Shown here: piece after piece, positions 38,509 to 46,871 of the stretch
Layout of the letters: each line of letters opens with the position of its first letter
How positions within the stretch are numbered: the first letter of the stretch is position 1
NCBI RefSeq assembly: GCF_031537875.1
Contig: NZ_JAVKNB010000011.1
Coordinates: 51,329-115,328, forward strand
Length of the DNA: 64,000 nt
Reading direction: 5' to 3'
DNA from: Flavobacterium sp.
GTDB taxonomy: Bacteria > Bacteroidota > Bacteroidia > Flavobacteriales > Flavobacteriaceae
Notes under the pieces: model-generated
Databases searched by the model: none
What the model was told of the DNA's origin: nothing
Seen by the model: only the letters and a program-made list of their open reading frames with translations
Position numbers and translations under genes: made by a program

Positions 38509-41500
38509 ATGAAATACAATCCGAACGAAATTGAAGCGAAATGGCAAAAGTATTGGGCAGAAAATCAAACTTTTGCAGCGCAAAATAATTCTGACAAGCC
38601 CAAACATTATGTGTTAGACATGTTTCCTTATCCATCAGGAGCAGGGCTGCATGTGGGGCATCCGTTAGGGTATATTGCTTCGGATGTGTATTCAAGATAC
38701 AAAAGACATCAAGGATTTAATGTGTTACACCCAATGGGTTATGACAGTTTTGGACTGCCAGCAGAGCAATACGCCATTCAAACGGGACAACGTCCTGAAG
38801 ACACTACTTCAGTAAACATTGACGGTGGAGTTGACAAAGAAGGAAACCAAATTGCGGGATATAGAAAGCAGTTGGATAAAATCGGATTTTCATTTGATTG
38901 GAGTCGCGAAGTGCGTACCTCTAATCCCGATTATTACAAGCATACACAATGGATTTTCATCCAATTATTTAATTCTTGGTACAATAAAAATTCAGATAAA
39001 GCAGAGGATATTTCGACTTTAATTGACTTATTCGAAAAAGAAGGAAATGCTACTGTCAATGCCGTTTGTGATGATAACATTGTCTCTTTTTCGGCATCAG
39101 AATGGAACGCATTTTCATCAGAGGAACAACAAAAAATACTGTTGCAATACCGTTTAACTTATTTAGCAGAAACCGAAGTGAACTGGTGCCCAGGATTGGG
39201 AACGGTTTTGGCGAATGACGAAATTGTAAACGGTGTTTCAGAACGCGGTGGATTTCCAGTGATTCGTAAAAAAATGACCCAATGGAGTATGCGAATTTCA
39301 GCCTATGCCGAACGTTTATTACAAGGTTTAGATACGATTGATTGGACTGAAAGTATTAAAGAAAGTCAACGCAATTGGATTGGAAAATCGGTTGGAGCAA
39401 TGGTTTCGTTCAACGTCATTGCGAGCGAAGCGAAACAATCCATAGATGTTTTCACTACTCGTCCTGACACCATTTTTGGAGTAACGTTTATGACTTTGGC
39501 TCCAGAACATGAGTTGGTGGCACAAATTACGACTCCAGAACAAAAACAAGCGGTGGAAGAATACATCGAAAAAACAGCCAAACGTTCCGAGCGCGAAAGA
39601 ATGGCCGATGTGAAAACCATTTCAGGTGTTTTTACTGGGGCGTATGCCGAACATCCTTTTACTAAAGAACCTATTCCTGTCTGGATAGGCGATTATGTGT
39701 TGGCAGGATACGGAACAGGAGCTGTAATGGCGGTACCTTGTGGAGACGAAAGAGATTATGCTTTTACCAATTTCTTTAAAGGTCAAAACGGAATGCCGGC
39801 TATTAAAAATATTTTCAATAAAGACATTTCAGAAGCAGCTTATGGAGAAAAAGGCGGTTTCGAATTAATAGATTCCGACTTTTTAAACGGTTTAGGATAC
39901 AAAGAAGGAACGAAAAAAGTAATTGAAGCTTTAGAAAAAATAGGACAAGGAAAAGGGAAAACGAACTACCGTTTGCGTGATGCTGTTTTCTCTCGTCAGC
40001 GTTATTGGGGAGAGCCATTTCCAGTGTATTATGTAAATGGGTTGCCTCAGATGATTGACGCCCAACATTTGCCTATTATTTTGCCAGAAGTGGAGAAATA
40101 TTTACCTACCGAAGACGGTTTGCCTCCTTTGGGTAACGCTTCAGTTTGGGCTTGGGACAGTGTAAACAACAAAGTAGTTGAAACGAATTTGGTTGACAAA
40201 ACGACTATTTTTCCTTTAGAATTGAACACTATGCCGGGTTGGGCGGGGAGTTCTTGGTATTGGATGCGTTATATGGATGCGCATAACGAAACTGAATTTG
40301 CAAGTCAAGATGCCTTGAAGTATTGGGAAAGTGTGGATTTGTACATTGGCGGAAGCGAACATGCGACAGGCCATTTGTTGTACTCTCGTTTTTGGAACAA
40401 ATTTTTAAAAGACAAAGGTTTTGCACCAACGGAAGAACCCTTCAAAAAATTGATTAATCAGGGAATGATTTTGGGAGAAAGTGCATTTGTTTTTATAGTT
40501 CTTTTGCGTTCAAAAACAACTTTAAGTAATTCGTTTTTAAGTAGTAATGATTCTAATAATAATATTGAAAACTTATTAGAAGCAGCGACCGCCCCAAAAT
40601 CTCTTGTAATAACCGAAGAAATTTATAATGATATACAAGTAAATAATAGTAATGCTTACGTTGATGAATGGATTAAAAATAATACATCTCAATTAAAGAA
40701 TATTCAATTATATTATTCAGCTGAAAGTATAATTAAAACTAGCGTTGATGTTTCTCTTTTAATAGGAACCTCTAATATCATTGACAAAGAAAAGTTGCGA
40801 AATTGGATGCCACAATATAATAATATTCCTTTTCTTAATGAAGATGAAGATTATATAGTTAGAAGAGAGATTGAAAAAATGTCGAAATCCAAATACAATG
40901 TTGTTACACCTGATTTAATTTGTGCTGAATATGGTGCTGATACCTTGCGTTTGTACGAAATGTTTTTAGGACCATTGGAACAAGCTAAACCTTGGAATAC
41001 AGCAGGAATTTCTGGAGTGTTTGGTTTCTTGAAAAAACTATGTCGTTTGTATTTTGATGATAACGGATTGGTAGTTACCGATAATGAACCGACCAAAGAC
41101 AACTTGAAATCACTTCACAAAACGATTAAAAAAGTAGCAGAAGATATTGAGAGTTTTTCATTCAATACTTCAGTTTCTCAGTTTATGATTTGTGTCAATG
41201 AATTGTCAACGCAAAATTGCCATGAAAGAGCGATTTTAGAACCATTGGCGATTTTAATTTCGCCGTATGCGCCGCACATTGCAGAAGAATTATGGTCGTT
41301 GTTGGGTCATTCGAATTCGATTGCAACAGTAGCTTTTCCAAAATTTGAGGCGGCTCATTTGGTGGAAAGCAGCAAAGAATACCCGGTTTCATTCAACGGA
41401 AAAATGCGTTTCACAATTGAATTGCCTTTGGATTTAACCAAAGAACAAATCGAAGAAATTATAATGAAAGACGAAAGAACATTACGCCAGTTGGATGGAA

Positions 41501-41556
41501 GAACACCTAATAAAGTAATTATTGTACCAGGCAAGATTATTAATTTAGTTGGGTAG
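38509..41556 (+). CDS. leuS: Leucine--tRNA ligase, unusually long (1015 aa) with low-complexity insertions
   Basis: Has the HIGH motif (LHVGHPLGY), the CP1 editing domain (TTRPDTIFG) and KMSKS. See the findings for the inserted segments. Confidence 0.93.
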   Translation: MKYNPNEIEAKWQKYWAENQTFAAQNNSDKPKHYVLDMFPYPSGAGLHVGHPLGYIASDVYSRYKRHQGFNVLHPMGYDSFGLPAEQYAIQTGQRPEDTTSVNIDGGVDKEGNQIAGYRKQLDKIGFSFDWSREVRTSNPDYYKHTQWIFIQLFNSWYNKNSDKAEDISTLIDLFEKEGNATVNAVCDDNIVSFSASEWNAFSSEEQQKILLQYRLTYLAETEVNWCPGLGTVLANDEIVNGVSERGGFPVIRKKMTQWSMRISAYAERLLQGLDTIDWTESIKESQRNWIGKSVGAMVSFNVIASEAKQSIDVFTTRPDTIFGVTFMTLAPEHELVAQITTPEQKQAVEEYIEKTAKRSERERMADVKTISGVFTGAYAEHPFTKEPIPVWIGDYVLAGYGTGAVMAVPCGDERDYAFTNFFKGQNGMPAIKNIFNKDISEAAYGEKGGFELIDSDFLNGLGYKEGTKKVIEALEKIGQGKGKTNYRLRDAVFSRQRYWGEPFPVYYVNGLPQMIDAQHLPIILPEVEKYLPTEDGLPPLGNASVWAWDSVNNKVVETNLVDKTTIFPLELNTMPGWAGSSWYWMRYMDAHNETEFASQDALKYWESVDLYIGGSEHATGHLLYSRFWNKFLKDKGFAPTEEPFKKLINQGMILGESAFVFIVLLRSKTTLSNSFLSSNDSNNNIENLLEAATAPKSLVITEEIYNDIQVNNSNAYVDEWIKNNTSQLKNIQLYYSAESIIKTSVDVSLLIGTSNIIDKEKLRNWMPQYNNIPFLNEDEDYIVRREIEKMSKSKYNVVTPDLICAEYGADTLRLYEMFLGPLEQAKPWNTAGISGVFGFLKKLCRLYFDDNGLVVTDNEPTKDNLKSLHKTIKKVAEDIESFSFNTSVSQFMICVNELSTQNCHERAILEPLAILISPYAPHIAEELWSLLGHSNSIATVAFPKFEAAHLVESSKEYPVSFNGKMRFTIELPLDLTKEQIEEIIMKDERTLRQLDGRTPNKVIIVPGKIINLVG

Positions 41557-41596
41557 TTTATAGAATAATCTTTAAGTAAAAAAATATAATAATTTG

Positions 41597-41628
41597 AATC
41601 CCAAATATAAAAGTTTGGGATTTTTTTT
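41597..41628 (+). terminator. Intrinsic terminator after leuS
   Basis: AATCCCAAA-N7-TTTGGGATT followed by a T-run. Confidence 0.8.
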
Positions 41629-41635
41629 ATCCTAA

Positions 41636-41664
41636 TGCAACCATTTGTAAAATTTTCTCGTCTA
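41636..41664 (+). promoter_or_regulatory. Candidate ECF-type (autoregulated) promoter: TGCAACC-N16-CGTCTA
   Basis: An AAC-containing -35 and a CGTC -10 with 16-nt spacing, ~28 nt upstream of the ECF sigma start. Resembles the generic ECF GAAC...CGTC architecture. Confidence 0.4.
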
Positions 41665-41691
41665 TTGTAATAGAAACGTATTTATCAAAAT

Positions 41692-42249
41692 TTGAAAGTC
41701 ATCAATATATATCAATCAGAAGAAGAACTAATTCGTTTAGCTGTCGATAATAATCGTCAGGCACAACATAAGATATATGTTAGATTTTCTCCAAAAATGT
41801 TAGCAATTTGCCGACGGTATTGTAAGGATATCCACGAGGCGGAAGATGTTTTAATTACGGCTTTTACTAAAGTTTTCGCCAATTTAAAACACTTTAAAAG
41901 CGAAGGTAGTTTTGAGGGATGGATACGCAGAATAATTGTTAACGAATGTATTTCGTTTCTTAGATCGCGAAAAAAAGTAGTTTTCATTGAAGAGGAATTG
42001 TTTGTAGATGATGGTTTAAATAGTATTGAAATTCAATTTTCAGCCGAACAAATTCTCTATTTAATTGATAATCTCCCTGAAGGATATAAAATGATCTTTA
42101 ATTTATATGCAATTGAAGGTTTCAAGCATCAAGAAATTGCTAGTATGTTAGGGATTAGTGAGGGAACATCTAAATCACAATTGTCACATGCTCGCAAAAT
42201 ACTTAAAGAACAAATTAGCAAGTTGAATTATGGAAATGGAACCAAATAA
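41692..42249 (+). CDS. ECF-subfamily RNA polymerase sigma-70 factor
   Basis: Has region 2 (EAEDVLITAF ... FEGWIRRIIVNECI) and region 4 (YAIEGFKHQEIASMLGISEGTSKSQL). TTG start. Confidence 0.88.
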   Translation: MKVINIYQSEEELIRLAVDNNRQAQHKIYVRFSPKMLAICRRYCKDIHEAEDVLITAFTKVFANLKHFKSEGSFEGWIRRIIVNECISFLRSRKKVVFIEEELFVDDGLNSIEIQFSAEQILYLIDNLPEGYKMIFNLYAIEGFKHQEIASMLGISEGTSKSQLSHARKILKEQISKLNYGNGTK

Positions 42250-42910
42250 ATTTGAATCCCAAATTAGGAAAAAAATAAGCGCCCACGAAATTACACCTAG
42301 CGATTCTTCATGGGAACGATTAGATGCTATGCTATCTGATAAAATAGAGTCTAAGTCAAACCGTAATTTCATTTGGATCCCTGTAGCGGCTAGTTTGTTT
42401 ATTAGTATTGGATTGTTTTTCAATACTAATGGCTTGCGAGATTTTACTAAAAATAAAGGCGTCAGAGCAGTTGCTAATTCGACGAATTCAACTAAAAACC
42501 ACACAGTTGAAAAGAGTACAGCGATTAAGGTTTTGCCTCAAGAAAAAAGGGTTGCTATCAGTTCTGTTAATCAGCCCCATTTAATTAAACAAACTTCTGT
42601 TAAAATGAGAATTGGTAAAATGAATGGTTCAATCTCTCAAATTCAAAACAGAATATCTTCGAATGAAAAGGAAATAGAATCAAAAACTCAAAATACACTA
42701 GTAGAATCTGAAAAAGATAACGAAAAAGGAATCCGTGTTTCCATTCTGAAACAAGTGCCTGTAAATGAAAAGATAAAAGTAGATGCTAATAGCCTTTTGT
42801 CAGAAGTTGATAGAGAATTAGAACAAACATTTAGAGAAAAAGTGATTACTAAAATTGGTAAGAATTACCAAGAAATAAAAGTCGTTTTAGTAACACGAAA
42901 CCAAGAATAA
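42230..42910 (+). CDS. Probable anti-sigma factor (single-pass membrane protein)
   Basis: Overlaps the sigma gene by 20 nt. Has a ~55-aa cytoplasmic N-domain, one TM (FIWIPVAASLFISIGLFF) and a low-complexity periplasmic tail. Confidence 0.6.
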   Translation: MEMEPNKFESQIRKKISAHEITPSDSSWERLDAMLSDKIESKSNRNFIWIPVAASLFISIGLFFNTNGLRDFTKNKGVRAVANSTNSTKNHTVEKSTAIKVLPQEKRVAISSVNQPHLIKQTSVKMRIGKMNGSISQIQNRISSNEKEIESKTQNTLVESEKDNEKGIRVSILKQVPVNEKIKVDANSLLSEVDRELEQTFREKVITKIGKNYQEIKVVLVTRNQE

Positions 42911-42933
42911 TTAATTTTAATCCAACCTAAATT

Positions 42934-43962
42934 ATGAAAAACAGTATTATTTATGTAGCAGTAGTAGTAAGCCTTTTGGCAAGTAAATTAAATGCGCAAG
43001 AAACATTTGAATCTAAAATTAAAGTAATTGGAGAAAGAATAGAGCAAATTACCAAAGAAGAAAAAGCGGCTTTAAAGGTAGAGATTGAAGCTATTAATAC
43101 TCAATTGGGAAAGGGTAGTATTTCAAAAGAAAATGCTGAGTTAGAGAAGAAAAAAATGGCGGAAGCAAGAGCGATTTTAATCGAAAATAAAATTGCAGTT
43201 GTGCAAGCTGAGTTGAAAGATATAATTCAACAAAAAGTAGATGGGAAAGTGAATAAACAAGATGAAATTGTTTCTGGTTTGAGTGTTAATTGGAAACCTA
43301 AAAAACACAAATCAGTTAATTATGAAAAAAGAACAACCTCTCAGTTTGTTTTTGCAGCTGGTATAAATAATGTAACAACAGAAGGGAAGATTGACAATTC
43401 TGATTTTAGGTATTTTGGGTCTCATTTTTATGAAGTAGGAGCAACGTATAATACTCGTTTGTTTAAAGAATCAAATTTACTTCATTTCAAATATGGTGTT
43501 TCGGTAATGTATAATAATCTAAGACCTACTGATAATAGAGTTTTTGTAAAAAATGGAGATCAAACAGTATTAGTAACAAGTCCATTAACATTAAGTGATA
43601 GTCGGTTCAAAAACGTCTATTTGGTAGCTCCATTCCATTTAGAGTTTGATTTTAGTAGAAAAGTGGTGAGCAGTGATAAATCTTATTTTAGAACTCATCA
43701 AAGTTATCGATTTGGACTTGGAGGGTATGTTGGAGCGCGAATAAAATCAAAACAATTTCAAGAATATTCTGTTGATAATCAAGAAAACACATTAAAACAA
43801 AAAGGAGATTTTAATGCCAATGATTTTGTTTATGGGTTGAGTACATATGTTGGATACAAACAAACAAGTTTGTATTTTAAATACGATTTAAATCCTCTTT
43901 TTGAAAAAAATACGGTTAAACAGAATACTATTTCTTTAGGGGTGCGATTTGATTTAAATTAA
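42934..43962 (+). CDS. Outer-membrane beta-barrel protein with a ~100-aa N-terminal coiled-coil
   Basis: Signal peptide, then a heptad-rich E/K segment, then alternating-hydrophobicity strands ending ISLGVRFDLN. Confidence 0.6.
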   Translation: MKNSIIYVAVVVSLLASKLNAQETFESKIKVIGERIEQITKEEKAALKVEIEAINTQLGKGSISKENAELEKKKMAEARAILIENKIAVVQAELKDIIQQKVDGKVNKQDEIVSGLSVNWKPKKHKSVNYEKRTTSQFVFAAGINNVTTEGKIDNSDFRYFGSHFYEVGATYNTRLFKESNLLHFKYGVSVMYNNLRPTDNRVFVKNGDQTVLVTSPLTLSDSRFKNVYLVAPFHLEFDFSRKVVSSDKSYFRTHQSYRFGLGGYVGARIKSKQFQEYSVDNQENTLKQKGDFNANDFVYGLSTYVGYKQTSLYFKYDLNPLFEKNTVKQNTISLGVRFDLN

Positions 43963-43974
43963 ATTTCTAGGCTA

Positions 43975-44445
43975 TTACAACTGAATTTGTCTATCAATTT
44001 GTTGGTCTAAAGAAATAAATGTTTCCGTTCTAGAAACACCTTCAATAGCTTGAATTTTAGTATTTAATAAATGCATTAAATGTTCGTTGTCTAAACAAAT
44101 AATTTTAATTAAAATCGACCAGTTTCCAGTAGTATAGTGGCATTCCAATACTTCGGGAATCTTTTTCAAGTCACGAACTGCTTCCGAATTTCGAGCGGCT
44201 TTGTCCAAATAGATTCCAACAAATGCCATAGTATTGTAGCCTAACACTTTGTGATTGACAGTGAACTTGGAACCTGAAATAACTCCAGATTGTTCGAGTT
44301 TTCGTAATCGTTGATGAATAGCCGCACCAGAGATTCCAATTTTATTAGCGATTTGTAGGATAGGTTTTCTAGCATCTTCCATTAAATCGCGCAAAATTTC
44401 TTTGTCGATTCCGTCTATTTCTACTTGTAGTGAATTGATCTTCAT
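43975..44445 (-). CDS. Lrp/AsnC-family transcriptional regulator
   Basis: HTH_AsnC N-terminus (DKEILRDLMEDARKPILQIANKIGISGAAIHQRLRKLE) plus a RAM/ACT-like C-domain. Confidence 0.9.
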   Translation of the reverse strand: MKINSLQVEIDGIDKEILRDLMEDARKPILQIANKIGISGAAIHQRLRKLEQSGVISGSKFTVNHKVLGYNTMAFVGIYLDKAARNSEAVRDLKKIPEVLECHYTTGNWSILIKIICLDNEHLMHLLNTKIQAIEGVSRTETFISLDQQIDRQIQL

Positions 44446-44545
44446 GGTTTATTAATTGTAACTAAAAAATAGATTTTAGTTTAAATTGAAAATCAAAAGT
44501 AAAAAAAATAAAATGAATTTAATTATTTTATTCGTTTTAGCTTAT

Positions 44546-44573
44546 AAAAAAACCATCCGAAAGGATGGTTTTT
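44546..44573 (-). terminator. Intrinsic terminator after hemD
   Basis: AACCATCC-GAAA-GGATGGTT with a T8 tract on the - strand. Confidence 0.8.
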
Positions 44574-44594
44574 GAATTGTATTTATAAGAAATT

Positions 44595-45344
44595 TTATTT
44601 TCCTTTATTGGCTTCTGCAATGTATTTTTCTAGTGCCATTGTCATGGATGGTGTTCCAGGTGTTGGAGCCATAATATCGATACGTAAACCGTGATCTAAA
44701 GCTTCCTTTTGAGTAGTGCTTCCAAAAACAGCAATACGTGTATCGTTTTGTTTGAAGTCAGGGAAGTTTTTGAACAATGATTTTATTCCTGTTGGGCTAA
44801 AGAACGCCAAAACATCATAATACACATCGGCTAAGTCAGATAAATCACTCATTACTGTTTTGTAAAAAGTTGCTGGAGTCCAATCTACTTTTAAACCGTT
44901 TAAAGTAACAGGAATATCCGCATTCAATTGGTCTGAAGCTGGCAATAAGAATTTTTCGTCTTTGTATTTTTTTATAAGCGGAGACAAATCGGCAAAATCT
45001 TTTGGTCCTACATAGATTTTACGTTTTCTATACACCACATATTTTTGAAGGTAAAAAGCAATGGCTTCTGACTGGCAAAAATATTTTAATCCTTCAGGAA
45101 CTTTATAACGCATTTCATCAGCCACTCTAAAAAAGTGATCTACTGCGTTTTTACTTGTTAAAATAATTGCACTGTAATTATTTAGGTCGATTTTTTGTAG
45201 TCTAATTTCTTTGGCACTAACCCCTTCTACGTGAATAAAAGGTCTGAAATCAATTTTTACCTTATGTTTTTGTTGCAGCTCAAAGTAAGGAGAATTCTCC
45301 ACTTTAGGCTCTGGTTGCGACACCAAAATTGTTTTCACTTTCAT
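44595..45344 (-). CDS. hemD: Uroporphyrinogen-III synthase-family protein
   Basis: 249 aa. The sequence pattern (ILVSQP...VEGVS...AIILTSKNAVDHFF) is typical of Bacteroidota HemD-like proteins. Confidence 0.7.
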   Translation of the reverse strand: MKVKTILVSQPEPKVENSPYFELQQKHKVKIDFRPFIHVEGVSAKEIRLQKIDLNNYSAIILTSKNAVDHFFRVADEMRYKVPEGLKYFCQSEAIAFYLQKYVVYRKRKIYVGPKDFADLSPLIKKYKDEKFLLPASDQLNADIPVTLNGLKVDWTPATFYKTVMSDLSDLADVYYDVLAFFSPTGIKSLFKNFPDFKQNDTRIAVFGSTTQKEALDHGLRIDIMAPTPGTPSMTMALEKYIAEANKGK

Positions 45345-45356
45345 ATTTAACTTTTT

Positions 45357-46028
45357 CTAAGCAATTCCTTTTGTAAACCAATAATACATGAAATAGTAAG
45401 GGGCTATTTCGAGAGCGCAAAGATACAAAATAAAATAAAACAACTTACTGAATATTAAATTTTGATAATTTTTTATAGAAATACTGTAAGTTATTAGGTT
45501 AGCTACTATTACGATTGCGATAATAATGGAGGGGATAACTGTTGAGATATGGTCAAAATAGAAAAATAACATATTAATTGGAAGTAAAATAAGTCCAATA
45601 TAAGTTCGATAGGTTACTTTTTGATGGTTGAATTGTTCTACAAATTCTTCAATATGAAATGAAGTAGCGATGATTTTTTCGACCAATACTTTTGCTAAAA
45701 TGAAGAAAAGTAAAAAATCAATAATTTGAATGTATTGCATCCAGTCTGTTTTGCTCCCGTACCCATAAATGCTTAAAGAAAGTTGGATAAAAAATGCTAA
45801 AGAAATGACTTGAACAAAAAATAAAGCAATGGTAAAGCCATTTTTTAAATTACTACTTTCTCGATATACCTTGTTGTATTTATCTGAAAAAAGTAAGTTG
45901 GCAAAATCACTGAATCGATTTTCAAACACTGATTTGGTAATTGCAATGGTTGCAAAACACATTAAAAATAAAAGTGTTGCCCAATCGGTATTCTCGGTGA
46001 TGCGGGGATGAAGTACGTATTCAGTCAT
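45357..46028 (-). CDS. DUF4271-like polytopic membrane protein
   Basis: 223 aa, ~6 TM. In the conserved position next to hemD, as in other Flavobacteriia. Confidence 0.55.
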   Translation of the reverse strand: MTEYVLHPRITENTDWATLLFLMCFATIAITKSVFENRFSDFANLLFSDKYNKVYRESSNLKNGFTIALFFVQVISLAFFIQLSLSIYGYGSKTDWMQYIQIIDFLLFFILAKVLVEKIIATSFHIEEFVEQFNHQKVTYRTYIGLILLPINMLFFYFDHISTVIPSIIIAIVIVANLITYSISIKNYQNLIFSKLFYFILYLCALEIAPYYFMYYWFTKGIA

Positions 46029-46133
46029 AGTGTGACAAAATTACTAATTTTTTATTTCATTCTTTTTATTATAATTTTATTATGACTCAAATGGCATAAA
46101 AAGTTTACTTTTGCGTTGAAATTACTCAAAAAG

Positions 46134-46859
46134 ATGAATGACTGTATTGTTATAATCCCTACCTATAACGAAATTGAAAATGTGGAGAGCATCATTAGAA
46201 CTGTGCTTTCACAACATAAGCCATTTCATGTTCTGATTATTGATGACAATTCGCCAGACCATACTGCAGATAAAGTCATTGCACTTCAATCAGAATTTCC
46301 AGGGCGTTTGTTTTTGGAAAAAAGAGCAAAGAAAGCGGGTTTAGGGACTGCTTATGTACATGGTTTTAAATGGGCAATGCAACATCAATACGATTTCATT
46401 TTTGAAATGGATGCTGATTTTTCGCACAATCCACATGATTTAGAAAAATTATATAATGCGTGTCATTTTGGTGATGCTGATTTGGCAGTGGGTTCTCGAT
46501 ATGTGACCGGTGTTAATGTAGTTAACTGGCCTTTAAGTCGCGTATTGTTGTCGTATTTTGCATCGGTGTATGTACGTCTAATCACAGGAATGAAAATTCA
46601 TGATGCTACCGCGGGATTTGTTTGTTACAAAAGACAGGTGTTGGAAAGTATCCATTTAGATCAAATCAAGTTTGTGGGGTATGCATTTCAAATCGAAATG
46701 AAGTACCGCACTTTCTGTAAAAATTTTAAAATTACCGAGGTGCCTATTATTTTTACTGATAGAACCAAAGGACAATCAAAAATGAGCAATTCTATTATCG
46801 TGGAAGCTGTTTTTGGGGTAATTGCACTACGATTAAAAAGATTAGTCAACACATTATAA
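46134..46859 (+). CDS. GT2 polyprenol-monophosphate mannose synthase (Dpm1-like)
   Basis: IVIIPTYNE...IIDDNSPDHT...EMDADFSH (DXD). Start moved to ATG 46134. A TACTTTTG -7 box lies at 46106-46113. Confidence 0.85.
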   Translation: MNDCIVIIPTYNEIENVESIIRTVLSQHKPFHVLIIDDNSPDHTADKVIALQSEFPGRLFLEKRAKKAGLGTAYVHGFKWAMQHQYDFIFEMDADFSHNPHDLEKLYNACHFGDADLAVGSRYVTGVNVVNWPLSRVLLSYFASVYVRLITGMKIHDATAGFVCYKRQVLESIHLDQIKFVGYAFQIEMKYRTFCKNFKITEVPIIFTDRTKGQSKMSNSIIVEAVFGVIALRLKRLVNTL

Positions 46860-46871
46860 GAAAAAGATAGA

